Positions 25,235 through 34,865 of a stretch of DNA of 35,379 nt are shown in pieces. Where the stretch lies: the IMG/VR virus record IMGVR_UViG_3300030376_004203, positions 1 to 35,379 of that record. One strand, written 5' to 3'. This DNA is from a virus (taxonomy: Duplodnaviria; Caudoviricetes). The position numbers and the translations under genes are program-made. The notes under the pieces are model-generated. The model searched no databases. It was not told where the DNA came from and was given only the letters and a program-made list of their open reading frames with translations. The stretch's first letter is position 1. Each line of letters begins with the position of its first letter.

Positions 25235-25626
25235 ATTGGTGTTTTGGTTTTGGTTTTCATTGAGCGCAACGTGCGCTAGTTAATTTCTAACTCCAAAAAA
25301 AGACCCTTTTCCCACAATCAGCAAGAAAAATCGCACTGCAAAGCAAACTTTTTTCTCATTGAGTAGGGTTTTGTGGCTTCCGTTGCGTTTTCAGTGGCTT
25401 TGAAATGGGACCTACCACCCCAAAAATTAAGAGGGCAACCAGACCGACCCGCTGCATTGTCTGTAGTTGGATAGCGGATACGTGTTTTTCTGTAGTTGAT
25501 GCGTGGATACGCACTCGCTTGCGGGGAGGGGGTCGGGGAGGCGGTGCTTTTTTGTATTATATGTATCTACTAGCCCTATAAAAAATATTGACAAATAAGG
25601 GCTTATGGCTATTGGGGGGTGTGTAG
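25235..25626. promoter_or_regulatory. Divergent control region; possible genome terminus or pac site
   Basis: Largest non-coding gap, lying between divergent arms and before terS. Contains a 23-nt direct repeat, a G-rich tract at about 25523-25545 and TTGACA at 25588. Confidence 0.6.
25460..25511 (+). repeat. Bipartite direct repeat TCTGTAGTTG-N6-GGATACG, two copies
   Basis: Copies at 25460-25482 and 25489-25511. Confidence 0.8.
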
Positions 25627-26172
25627 ATGGAGGCTAAGGAGGAACTAATAGACTCAATTCGGGAGGGAATCTTGGAGATCCAAGAACACAATCCTAAGAA
25701 CAATAGCATATTGTCCAAGAGTAACCCCGAGAAAACTGCGGAAATATTGTACCTACACGCCACTGGAGTGACCCAGACTCAGATGATAAAGAAGTATGGG
25801 CTCAAACGTGAAACAATTGTAAACGTCCTGTTGGACTATGCCGACTTCACGGGTAAGTGGAAGCAGCTAGGAAGCAAGGTGAGGGGCAGAGCATTCTTGG
25901 AACTATCATCGTTAGAGGAGGATTTGATAGAGCAACTAAGAGATCGGATGGAAGCCGGGGAAATAAAGGCTAGCTTCAGGGATTTGTTGCCTTTAGCCAT
26001 TGCATTGGAGAAGGCAGAGAAGGGAAGTAACACATTCAGGGGAGAGGCTAGTAGCATTGTAGAGGAGCGTAAGGTGGTTAGCCAAGAGGACTATGAGGCT
26101 ACGGTGAAAGCTGCTAGGGAGCGTATAGCCGATATGAAAAAAGCGGAGGTAGTCATTGACCAAGAAATGTAA
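25627..26172 (+). CDS. terS: Probable terminase small subunit
   Basis: 181 aa helical protein with an HTH-like segment (TQTQMIKKYGLKRETI); first gene of the packaging module. Confidence 0.55.
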   Translation: MEAKEELIDSIREGILEIQEHNPKNNSILSKSNPEKTAEILYLHATGVTQTQMIKKYGLKRETIVNVLLDYADFTGKWKQLGSKVRGRAFLELSSLEEDLIEQLRDRMEAGEIKASFRDLLPLAIALEKAEKGSNTFRGEASSIVEERKVVSQEDYEATVKAARERIADMKKAEVVIDQEM

Positions 26173-26575
26173 AAGTTGCTGCCAAGAACTGCCGATTACC
26201 GAGTTTCACAGCAACGGTCAAGATAGGGGGAAGAAGAGGTATAAGCCTAGATGTAGAAAATGTAGTAATAGTATAGCAAGAGCTCAAAGAGATGAGTTGA
26301 TTAAAAACCATTTTGGGGGTTGGAAATGTTCTAGGTGTGGATTTGAAGGAAGGCCCATTCAGTTTGATTGTCACCATGCTAGGGGTGTTAAAAGATTTAA
26401 AATTTCAGAAAATTTTAGAAAAGCAGTGAGCAGTAAAACTGTTTTTTTAAAAGAGCTAGAGAAGTGTAATTTGTTATGTGCCAATTGCCATAGGCTGGAA
26501 CATGAGGTGGTTCCGATTGAAACAAAGCCTTTTACTTCTGAACCAATAAGGCACGACCTAAACAGAATTTTATAA
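26156..26575 (+). CDS. Zn-binding HNH endonuclease
   Basis: Several CxxC pairs, FDCHH and ELEKCNLLCANCHRLEH; TTG start. Confidence 0.85.
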   Translation: MTKKCKSCCQELPITEFHSNGQDRGKKRYKPRCRKCSNSIARAQRDELIKNHFGGWKCSRCGFEGRPIQFDCHHARGVKRFKISENFRKAVSSKTVFLKELEKCNLLCANCHRLEHEVVPIETKPFTSEPIRHDLNRIL

Positions 26576-26787
26576 TGAACAGAAACATTGAGCTAGTTGA
26601 GAAATCATTAGATACCATAAACCCAGAATGGGAAGTGTTCTTAGTAGCCTCTATGGGGGAGAATGGATTTGAGTATGACACTTTTAGCCGAGGCTTTAAT
26701 CCTAACATAGAGGAAGAAATGGCTTCTTTTTTAGCATTGGTTAATGCTTCAACGATGAAGGACTTGGATGATTTTTTTCCGGAATGA
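26575..26787 (+). CDS. Hypothetical acidic protein (70 aa)
   Basis: TAATG and ATGA overlaps. Confidence 0.7.
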   Translation: MNRNIELVEKSLDTINPEWEVFLVASMGENGFEYDTFSRGFNPNIEEEMASFLALVNASTMKDLDDFFPE

Positions 26788-28436
26788 TTGAGTTTAGCGA
26801 TCATCCAATACTAACACCTCCTACAGACGAGGAGATAGTGTTCTTGGGGGAGAACCACCCTAAGATACTGAAAGAGCTGCATGAGGCCCATGAGGGCCGT
26901 ATAGAGGCTTCTGAGGAAGATCCTGTTAGGCATGGGTTTAACCTAGATGGCTGGGAGCGTATAAAGGATGGGCTAGGAACATACAACGAGTGTCTGTGTT
27001 TGGGGGGAAATCGGAGTGGCAAGACAACTGGCTGTGCCAAAATTGTCATGGAAAGTGTAATCAATAACCCAGATGGCCATGTTGTTTGTTTTTCCCAGAA
27101 CGCTGATACCAGCGTAAAGGTGCAGCAAGCTGCGGTATGGGAGATGATGCCCAAGGAGTTTAAGAAGAAGACCAAGAGTGTTGAAGGCTACATTAACTAC
27201 TCAATGCAGAATGGTTTTACAGGTAGTAGCTTTATTTTTCCTGACACTAGGACTAGGGTGGATTTTAAAACCTACACCCAGTTTTCTAACAACCAAACCA
27301 TATTGGAGGGTTTTGAGTTTGGGTTTAGGTCTGGGGATAAGCTCAACATAGGTACATGGCTAGATGAATATCTTGGTGACGATGCCTTGATAAACACTTT
27401 ACGTTTTAGGTTGGCTACTAGGAATTCCAAGATGTTGATAGCCTTCACCCCTATAAATGGGTACACTCCGTTTATATCGGAATATCTAAAGGGTTCCGAA
27501 ACTCTGAAAACTAAAAGGGCGGAGCTTCTTAACCGAGAACTTCCAGTACAGCAATATAGCCCGAAACGGGACGCATCGGTGGTTTATCTGCATTCGGATG
27601 AAAATCCTTTTGGTGGGTATGAACGTATAGCTAAGGATTTGCGGGACAGACCGGAGGAGGAAATATTGGTAAGAGCTTATGGTGTTCCTGTTAAAAGCAT
27701 TACATCTCTCCTTCCCCTGTTTAACACTGAGGTTAATGTTCTTGGTGAGGAACCCAACAAGTATGGAATGAGCTTTCCTGATGTATCAGACAAGGAAAAG
27801 TTTACCGTTTATCAAGTTGTTGACCCTGCCGGGGCTCGCAACTTTACTGCTTTGTGGGCTGCTGTAGATAGGGACGGGTATGTTTACATTTGCCGAGAGT
27901 GGCCGGACCGCAATACATATGGAGAGTGGGCTTTATTCGGAGACCCTAAGTGGAAAACTGGACCAGCAACTAGGAAGATCGGGTTGAATGTGGAAGGCTA
28001 CGCTAGTTTGTTCCAAGAAATTGAGGAGGAACTAGGGGTGGAAGTGTTTGAACGTATTGGTGACTCCAGATACTTTGCTAGGGAAAATGATAACAACGAG
28101 GATTTGTTTACGTTGTTTGATGACTTTGGTATGTTGTTTCACCCTTCCGATGGTCGCATGGAGGAGGTTGGCATTAGTGCGGTTGATGAATGGTTTACAT
28201 ACAATCCCAATGAACCGATTGATACTGTTAATAGGCCAATGTGCTATATACACAGGGATTGTGGGAATTTGATTGACAGTTTGGTGAATTACAATTCACA
28301 AGGTAAAACCGATGAAGCCCTTAAAGACTTCTTCGATCTCATTCGATACTTGAGAATGTCGAATGGTGGAGAGGGTCCAGATCACATTGAGAACAAAAAC
28401 TTGCTCACTACAAACAAATCAAAAGGAGGATATTGA
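26784..28436 (+). CDS. terL: Terminase large subunit
   Basis: Walker A GGNRSGKT, Walker B WLDEY, motif III FTP, nuclease VVDPAG and C-terminal KDFFDLIRY. Confidence 0.93.
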   Translation: MIEFSDHPILTPPTDEEIVFLGENHPKILKELHEAHEGRIEASEEDPVRHGFNLDGWERIKDGLGTYNECLCLGGNRSGKTTGCAKIVMESVINNPDGHVVCFSQNADTSVKVQQAAVWEMMPKEFKKKTKSVEGYINYSMQNGFTGSSFIFPDTRTRVDFKTYTQFSNNQTILEGFEFGFRSGDKLNIGTWLDEYLGDDALINTLRFRLATRNSKMLIAFTPINGYTPFISEYLKGSETLKTKRAELLNRELPVQQYSPKRDASVVYLHSDENPFGGYERIAKDLRDRPEEEILVRAYGVPVKSITSLLPLFNTEVNVLGEEPNKYGMSFPDVSDKEKFTVYQVVDPAGARNFTALWAAVDRDGYVYICREWPDRNTYGEWALFGDPKWKTGPATRKIGLNVEGYASLFQEIEEELGVEVFERIGDSRYFARENDNNEDLFTLFDDFGMLFHPSDGRMEEVGISAVDEWFTYNPNEPIDTVNRPMCYIHRDCGNLIDSLVNYNSQGKTDEALKDFFDLIRYLRMSNGGEGPDHIENKNLLTTNKSKGGY

Positions 28437-28810
28437 TGCCAAAAGTTAGAATAAAGGCTTTAGCCGAAGAATTGCAAACCGACATAAATAATTTAATCAG
28501 CTTGGCTAAATCGAAGCTTTGTTCTTCGATGATAACCGGCAAAGGAGGCAAGGCGTTGTGGATAAATGAAGATGGCCAAGAAATATTGCGTAGAGCCGTT
28601 GATATTCCAGAAGTAGTTCCAAAGCACTATTCTGGCAAAGTTTTAAGAGCAGCCGCAAACCCTAGATATGTTTATGCGTTTATAGGAGACTTAAAAATAA
28701 AGGTTCCAGTTTGCATACCAAGGAAATTAAGAAAGACAGTGGTTGGAAAAAATATCAAAATAGAAGCCATTGAGGATGCAATCGGAGTCTCTTACAGATA
28801 CGTCAAATGA
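28436..28810 (+). CDS. Hypothetical protein (124 aa), possible N-terminal HTH
   Basis: TGATG overlap; KVRIKALAEELQTD. Confidence 0.7.
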   Translation: MPKVRIKALAEELQTDINNLISLAKSKLCSSMITGKGGKALWINEDGQEILRRAVDIPEVVPKHYSGKVLRAAANPRYVYAFIGDLKIKVPVCIPRKLRKTVVGKNIKIEAIEDAIGVSYRYVK

Positions 28811-29015
28811 CATAACGACAGACCGTCGTTGGCTTTGCGAGCAGATTGACCGTCTACTTGCTTGGGAGATATTGTGCCGAACTGCTAATAACGAAGATAT
28901 TTACTCTATAAGATCTAGCGACTTATGTGATAAGATAGGCGTTAGTCCACAATACTTCTACCACGTTTTCTCGAGAATCAAAAACAAGGTAAATGCAAAA
29001 CACTTCGATTTCTGA
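28776..29015 (+). CDS. Small HTH-like protein
   Basis: SSDLCDKIGVSPQYFYHVFSRIK; fills the gap before the portal gene. Confidence 0.55.
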   Translation: MQSESLTDTSNDITTDRRWLCEQIDRLLAWEILCRTANNEDIYSIRSSDLCDKIGVSPQYFYHVFSRIKNKVNAKHFDF

Positions 29016-31083
29016 ATCGCTAACCTACGTTAGCGACGATCCCGACATTACATCTCTTAGGTATGCTTATGACCAGTCTGTGACTGAGCTTGAGGCATAT
29101 TTTGATTTATGCAGGAGCAGCTATGACGACCGCCGTAACTGGTGGCCCGGCAAAAGCCGCGACTTAAGAAAGCATGGAGCAGACGCTTTCCCTTGGGAGG
29201 GAGCTTCGGACATGGAAAGCCATGTTATTGACGAGCGTATAACGAGATTGGTTTCCTTGTTCCTGTCTTCAATGAACAGGGCAAACATCCAAGCATTTCC
29301 TGTGGAAGTTAACGACGTTGCTAGAAGCCGTGTGGTTACAAATTTTTTAAAGTGGATGGTAAAAAGCGGTTACATTCCTCGCTTTAAGCAGGAGATGGAA
29401 CTGGGAGCCAACTATATGTTGGAGCGTGGAATTCTTATCACTTACGTTGGATGGCACATGGAGGATAGAAGTTTCCTTCAGCGTCTTAGCTTGGAACAAA
29501 TATCTGCTATGAACCCAGAGTTGGGAGAGATGATTGTTTCTGAAAACGACAACGATCAGGTTGTTAGAATGTTGCAGTCTAGCTTTGATGGTGTTTCTGA
29601 AGCTAGGGCCAATAAAGCATTATCAGATTTAAGGGAACTAGGAGTTGCCGAACTTCCAATAGTAAGGCGGCAGGTAAATGCTCCAGAGGTAAAAACACTA
29701 GCCCCGGACGGAGACTTCATTTTCCCTCCGTATGTTACCGATCCTCAGCGGGCTCCATATTGTTTTTGGAAAACCTACTACACTCCGCAGGAGTTGCAAA
29801 ACAAGGTTATTACAGATGGCTGGGATGAAAATTTTGTAGAATACGTTATTGAGCGTTATCGTGGGGTAAACATAGATTCTATTGAGCGTGAGCAAGAGGG
29901 ACGCAGATCTATTAGTCTTACCGATAATGCCTATGAAGCTGAAGAGCTTATTGAAATTGTTTACGGTTACCAAAGATTGATAGACAAGGAAGATGGTTCC
30001 GAGGGAATATATTGCACCGTATTTCACCGTGAGTTTAACGGAATTGACGGCATTCCCGGTTATGCAAAGTTTGAGCTACTTAACGGATACGAAGACTACC
30101 CAATTGTAGTAACTAAGTTATCTGAAGATAGCAAAAGGTTGTACGATACGATGACCATACCTGACTTGCTGCGTGGTATACAAAACCAAGTGAAGGTTGA
30201 ACGCGATAGTCGAATTGATCGAAACAGCTTGGCAACAGTGCCACCCATCCTTCATCCAGTCGGACAGGCTCCTACAGATTGGGGTCCGGGTCGAATGATA
30301 CCATATCGCCGTAAGGGAGACTTTGAGTTTGGTCCTGCTCCGGTGTACAACCAAGGATCGGTTGAGATGGAGAAAACCCAAGAGGCTCAGGCCGATAGGC
30401 TTGTTGGTTTGGATCGTGAAGGTCCAGTTAGCCAGATAAGGCAGCAGTTCTTGGTAGACAAATTTTTGACCCATTGCTCCAAGGTCATATCAATGTGCTA
30501 TAAATGCTTTCAGCGTTTTGGCCCAGACAGTATATTTTTTCAGGTTACTGGTGTTCCAGATCCTCAGATGTTTAGTAAAGGCAATCCAGATGAAAGCTTT
30601 GACATAACCATTTCTTACGATGTCCAAAACACTGATCCAGAAAAACAGGAGAACAAACTAAACTCCATGATTTCTTTGCTTCAGTTGGATAGGAACGGAA
30701 GAATAAACGTAGATAATTTAGTAACACTAATTGCTGGAAGCGTAGATCCGGTTTTGGCTGATAGTGTTCTTCAACCAGTAGAAGCTGCACAGCAGCAAAT
30801 GCTTAAAGACATTACAGATGACTTATCTAAAATTTATGCGGGAATCGAAATGCCGGCACGTGCAAACGGTGCTCAAGCGGCTATGGGTATCATTCAGCAA
30901 TATTTGCAGCAACCGGATATTGCCCAACGTATGCAAGGCGATCCTGCTTTCTCGCAGCGTTTGCAAAAGTATATGGGCCAATATCAGTTCTCTATGCAGC
31001 AAGCTGAGAACGCTCAAATAGGTAAAATTGGTACAGCACCCGCTCAGATGGGCGGAGTTCAAACCCAGAACATGGAACAATGA
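28993..31083 (+). CDS. Portal protein
   Basis: 696 aa between terL and scaffold; FPWEGASD motif and Q/M-rich C-terminal tail typical of P22/SU10-like portals. Confidence 0.85.
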   Translation: MQNTSISESLTYVSDDPDITSLRYAYDQSVTELEAYFDLCRSSYDDRRNWWPGKSRDLRKHGADAFPWEGASDMESHVIDERITRLVSLFLSSMNRANIQAFPVEVNDVARSRVVTNFLKWMVKSGYIPRFKQEMELGANYMLERGILITYVGWHMEDRSFLQRLSLEQISAMNPELGEMIVSENDNDQVVRMLQSSFDGVSEARANKALSDLRELGVAELPIVRRQVNAPEVKTLAPDGDFIFPPYVTDPQRAPYCFWKTYYTPQELQNKVITDGWDENFVEYVIERYRGVNIDSIEREQEGRRSISLTDNAYEAEELIEIVYGYQRLIDKEDGSEGIYCTVFHREFNGIDGIPGYAKFELLNGYEDYPIVVTKLSEDSKRLYDTMTIPDLLRGIQNQVKVERDSRIDRNSLATVPPILHPVGQAPTDWGPGRMIPYRRKGDFEFGPAPVYNQGSVEMEKTQEAQADRLVGLDREGPVSQIRQQFLVDKFLTHCSKVISMCYKCFQRFGPDSIFFQVTGVPDPQMFSKGNPDESFDITISYDVQNTDPEKQENKLNSMISLLQLDRNGRINVDNLVTLIAGSVDPVLADSVLQPVEAAQQQMLKDITDDLSKIYAGIEMPARANGAQAAMGIIQQYLQQPDIAQRMQGDPAFSQRLQKYMGQYQFSMQQAENAQIGKIGTAPAQMGGVQTQNMEQ

Positions 31084-31298
31084 GCCTAGAAAAAGATATA
31101 GAATCTTTGCACAACTACGAGTCTTTTGCTCGTTTTATTAAGGTGATAGAGGCTTTAAGGGAGGAGTGTATCGGGGATATGCACGAGGCTTCTACCGAAC
31201 ATCTTCAGCAAATATCTGGAAGGATTATTACATACGATCAGATATTACAAATGGTTGACTTAAAAAAACTAGAAAAAAGACACAAAGATTTTTTATAA
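31080..31298 (+). CDS. Small helical protein after the portal gene (72 aa)
   Basis: ATGA overlap; conserved position in podovirus head modules. Confidence 0.7.
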   Translation: MSLEKDIESLHNYESFARFIKVIEALREECIGDMHEASTEHLQQISGRIITYDQILQMVDLKKLEKRHKDFL

Positions 31299-31351
31299 AT
31301 TGTGATAGTATGTTTTCACGCAATCGCTAGGCGTAAATAGTGGAAACAGTT

Positions 31352-32374
31352 ATGAACGATGAAATCGACACAGCCATCGCTGAGGCTGAACCAGAATCAG
31401 TGGACAACCAAAACATATCTGCGTCTGACTTTGTTCAGAAACGTAGTGAGGCAATTCTAGGGCAACAGCCCGAAGAGGAGTCTCAAGAATCGGCTGAGGA
31501 GTTAAGTGAGGAACCAGTTTCCGAACAGGCTACCGAGGATGATGTTCTTTCACAGTTTAATTTAGACAGTTTGTCGGATGAGGAAAAAGACGTTTTGCGT
31601 CAGCAACTCATTCCCGGCGCGCAGTCTCGCATCAGTGAGCTTACAGCTAAACGGAAGGCAGTTGAGGAGGAGTTGCAAACTATGCAGCTAAAAATCAAAG
31701 AGCCTGAGGTTAAAGACAACCCGCTTTCTAATTTATCAACCCTTGAAGATCTTCAAAAGAAGTCTGATGAAGTGAGTGATGTTATTAGTTGGGCGGAGGA
31801 TCTTCTGTTTGAGTCCGATGAATATTCTGCTGACGATGAAATAACCACAGTAGAAGGTCGCCCGATGACTAAGGCCGAAGTGCGTAAAGCTCTTCAAAGT
31901 GCCAGAAAATCGCGTGACGCATACATTCCAGACCAGTTGCAAAAGCTACAGAGTTTGGAGGACGCAAAAACAATGCGTCAGCAGTTGGGCAATAAGGCAG
32001 TAGAAGAGCTTGATTGGTTGAGAGATGAGAATGATAACGAGCTAAAAAGTCAGTTCATATCTATTATGAATGACCCAAGGCTACAGCAGCTAGAGGAATC
32101 GGCTCCTGATTTATATTCTCAAATTCCCTACTTCATGTCTCACGCTGTAAACAGTATGTATGGAAGAAAACCAATAGCGGATACCAGCAAACCAGCTAAC
32201 AAGAAAGCGGTTAAGCTAACACCCCCTAGAGGTTCAACTCCAGCTTCTGCAATGTCTGAAAAAACTGAAAGGCTTTCTGTGAAAGCTATGAAAGATCATA
32301 AAACCCGATTTAAATCATCTGGACTCAAAGACGATTTCATCACTTTAAGAACCTTACAATTAACTAATCGCTAA
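31352..32374 (+). CDS. Capsid scaffolding protein
   Basis: Acidic N-terminus, RISELTAKRK coiled coil and basic C-terminal tip, directly before the capsid gene. Start is ATG 31352 or GTG 31340. Confidence 0.82.
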   Translation: MNDEIDTAIAEAEPESVDNQNISASDFVQKRSEAILGQQPEEESQESAEELSEEPVSEQATEDDVLSQFNLDSLSDEEKDVLRQQLIPGAQSRISELTAKRKAVEEELQTMQLKIKEPEVKDNPLSNLSTLEDLQKKSDEVSDVISWAEDLLFESDEYSADDEITTVEGRPMTKAEVRKALQSARKSRDAYIPDQLQKLQSLEDAKTMRQQLGNKAVEELDWLRDENDNELKSQFISIMNDPRLQQLEESAPDLYSQIPYFMSHAVNSMYGRKPIADTSKPANKKAVKLTPPRGSTPASAMSEKTERLSVKAMKDHKTRFKSSGLKDDFITLRTLQLTNR

Positions 32375-32375
32375 A

Positions 32376-33374
32376 ATGGCATTCTCAAATACATACGACA
32401 CAACTAATCCTGGTTCTGGTGTTTCCAACAGAGAAGACTTGACTGATGTCTTGACTATCCTCGCGCCTGAAGAAACTCCAGTCCTTTCCTCTGCTTCTAA
32501 GCAGAAAGCATCCGCAACGTTCGTTGAGTGGACGGTAGACGCATTGTCTTCTCCTTCAACTACCGGCATCCGTGAAGGTGCTGACGTTGGAACCTTCACC
32601 GATCAGTTTGCTGGACGAGCTCGTCTTGGCAACTACGTTCAGAAGTTCCGTCGCGACTATCAGGTTTCTGATCTTCAGGAAGCTGTTGACAGCGTTGGTC
32701 CTGCTAAAATTGCTCAAGCCGAAGCTAAGTCCATCCGTGAACTGAAGCGTGACATCGAAGCTACCCTCTGTGGTACGCAAGATCGCGCTGCTGAAAACGG
32801 ATCTGACACAGCTTACGCTTTGCGTGGTCTTGGTGACTGGATCGACTCTGCTGGTCCTTCTGATGTTCCTGCTGGATTCCGCACTCCTGCTGCTAGCATT
32901 CATGCTGCTGATGAAGGTGCTTTCACGGAAACAGTTTTGAACAACTTGGTCACTTCTATGTACCGCGTTACCGGCACGACCAACAACATCACTATGGTTG
33001 CTGACACTGCTGTTCGTCGCATCATTTCCGACTTTGCTCGCACTGCTGGCGTAAGTGGAACCGATGCAGACAGCGTTCGTACCGTTAATTACAACGGTGA
33101 CTCAGCTCAGATCAAGCTTAGTGTTGAGTTCTATCAGTCCGATCACGGCATGATTTCGATTGTCAATGGCAATCCTGATTGTATGCCCGATACGACTAAC
33201 AAGGACTTTGCTTACTTGGTCAATCCTGAGTATTACGGTGTACATGAGCTTATCCCAATGGGATCGACTCGCCTCCCAAATCAGGGTGGTGGTGAGCGTG
33301 GCTACGTTGATTGTGCTTTGACCCTCGGTGTTTACCACCCCGGTGCTCACGGCAAGATCGAAGAAGTTGCGTAA
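32376..33374 (+). CDS. Major capsid protein (SU10/DUF5309-like)
   Basis: NREDLTD.L....PEETP..S, EW..D.L, RLGNYVQKF and ELKRDIEA motifs. 332 aa, followed by a terminator. Confidence 0.9.
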   Translation: MAFSNTYDTTNPGSGVSNREDLTDVLTILAPEETPVLSSASKQKASATFVEWTVDALSSPSTTGIREGADVGTFTDQFAGRARLGNYVQKFRRDYQVSDLQEAVDSVGPAKIAQAEAKSIRELKRDIEATLCGTQDRAAENGSDTAYALRGLGDWIDSAGPSDVPAGFRTPAASIHAADEGAFTETVLNNLVTSMYRVTGTTNNITMVADTAVRRIISDFARTAGVSGTDADSVRTVNYNGDSAQIKLSVEFYQSDHGMISIVNGNPDCMPDTTNKDFAYLVNPEYYGVHELIPMGSTRLPNQGGGERGYVDCALTLGVYHPGAHGKIEEVA

Positions 33375-33397
33375 GCTTTTTACTTCACATTAATTTG

Positions 33398-33432
33398 GGG
33401 GAGGTTAGGCTAATACCTGCCTCCCCTTTTTT
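33398..33432 (+). terminator. Rho-independent terminator after the capsid gene
   Basis: GGGGAGG..AGG-CTAATA-CCT..CCTCCCC followed by TTTTTT. Confidence 0.85.
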
Positions 33433-33464
33433 AATTTGTTTGCTAGAGAATTGAAGAAGTAATT

Positions 33465-33626
33465 ATGAATATAATTAAGTGCCAAGGAGTAAACTGTGAC
33501 GTTAAGTCATCGTGCAGTAGATATTACCCCCTAGGGGTATCTGTTGACGAAGGACAATCGTTTATTGTTTTAGCAAAAAGCCTTCATAGATTTTTCAAAA
33601 GCTGCTTGTTCTTAAAAAAGAAATGA
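33465..33626 (+). CDS. 53-aa Cys-rich protein (MNIIKCQGVNCDVKSSCSRY...C)
   Basis: Translated by hand. Cx4Cx5CxRY plus a distal Cys; ATGA overlap with the next gene. Not in the ORF track. Confidence 0.6.
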   Translation: MNIIKCQGVNCDVKSSCSRYYPLGVSVDEGQSFIVLAKSLHRFFKSCLFLKKK

Positions 33627-33928
33627 ACATCATTACATCAGTACCAAAGTATTCTGACGGAGAAGTAAACGAGTCTTTCATGAAAGAAATCCGAACGGGT
33701 TTTAAAATGGAGCGAGCTAAAGAGCAGGATAGAATCAATCAAGCTGCTAAAGAAGCAAAGACTAATGTTGGCAAGACCCATCCCGTTTTGGGAAAGTGCG
33801 TAGCTAATATGCCTGCTCGTGATTATTTTAGATTAGTAAACAAGTACGGACACGACACTGTAAACAGTAAAGAGTTCTTACGATATTTTAACAAAAAGTT
33901 CCCTGAGCTAAGCCCGAATAAAGCTTGA
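33623..33928 (+). CDS. Hypothetical head-module protein (101 aa)
   Basis: ORF track; overlaps on both sides. Confidence 0.75.
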   Translation: MNIITSVPKYSDGEVNESFMKEIRTGFKMERAKEQDRINQAAKEAKTNVGKTHPVLGKCVANMPARDYFRLVNKYGHDTVNSKEFLRYFNKKFPELSPNKA

Positions 33929-34557
33929 TGCAAGTAAAGTACAACAGAGATTTGTATGACCTAATAACGGCATTGGCCGGGGTCACCTCATTTACTACAA
34001 ACGAAAAGACTCAGCTTTTAAACTTTGCAAAGCGTAGGATTTTCGAGGCTTACCAAACCATTTCTGTTTGGCCTAGATATTTGACTGTTGGCGAGGAAAG
34101 AACTATAACCAATTCTGTTGTTCCTTACACTCAAACGGACAAGGATAACATTGCTGAGTTTCTTAGAATACACAGAAGCCAGCCATTTTTGAAGAACTCG
34201 GCATTAGAGTTTGATTTTTTTGTAGAGTCAGACGGAGCCCACGTTCTCAATTTAACCACCTCTGATGCTTCTTCGGTATTTGTTACTTATAAGAAAGAGC
34301 TTACTGACATTCCTAGTACCTTTGATTTAACCGGGGACAAAACAACTCAAGAGATTCCATTGGAGTTTTTCTATTTTACGGCTCATGCAACCTATGCAGA
34401 TTTTCTGCGTATGGATGGTCAGCATGAAAAGGCAATGGCTGAAGAGCAAGTTGCTCAGTCATATTTGGCAACCGAACTAGAAAAGTCGGACCAGAACATG
34501 AACAACAACACCATTACCAAACGCTTTCATACATACGTCACTCAACAATCAAGATAA
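33928..34557 (+). CDS. Probable tail tubular protein A / head-tail adaptor
   Basis: About 209 aa; helical N-terminus, beta-rich middle, FVTY...IP.EF...A.ATYAD C-terminal pattern; position after the capsid gene. Confidence 0.65.
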   Translation: MQVKYNRDLYDLITALAGVTSFTTNEKTQLLNFAKRRIFEAYQTISVWPRYLTVGEERTITNSVVPYTQTDKDNIAEFLRIHRSQPFLKNSALEFDFFVESDGAHVLNLTTSDASSVFVTYKKELTDIPSTFDLTGDKTTQEIPLEFFYFTAHATYADFLRMDGQHEKAMAEEQVAQSYLATELEKSDQNMNNNTITKRFHTYVTQQSR

Positions 34558-34865
34558 TGAATAGTCTAGTAACAAACCTATACCCTCGTCCCAATGGCAC
34601 TATTGCTGGAGAGAACCTATCCTGTGCTACATCAGGATCTGGAGTTTCTTTTGCAGCATTTGATGAAGACACCAAATACGTTATGATTGATGTCCAAGAC
34701 AACAACGTCATCGTAACATTTGACGGCAGTGCTCCTACCGCATCCAATGGTCATCTTCTGCTAAAGGAAAAGGGTCTTATTACCCTTAGTGCACTTAGTG
34801 CAAAAGCAGCAAAGTTCTTGGGATCTGGTGGTACTTCAATTGTACACGCTTCACAGTTTGTGTAA
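34557..34865 (+). CDS. Small beta-rich virion protein (102 aa)
   Basis: VTFDGSAPTASNGH motif; TAATG overlaps on both sides. Confidence 0.65.
   Translation: MNSLVTNLYPRPNGTIAGENLSCATSGSGVSFAAFDEDTKYVMIDVQDNNVIVTFDGSAPTASNGHLLLKEKGLITLSALSAKAAKFLGSGGTSIVHASQFV

Noticed and set aside
25222-25260. 12-aa minus-strand uORF MKTKTKTPIWKK overlapping the first early gene
   Set aside because: It arises from the AAACC run and has no other support, though a leader peptide cannot be excluded.
25588-25616. Sigma70 promoter for the late arm at TTGACA
   Set aside because: The -35 is perfect, but there is no convincing -10 at 16-18 nt spacing, so I did not call it separately.
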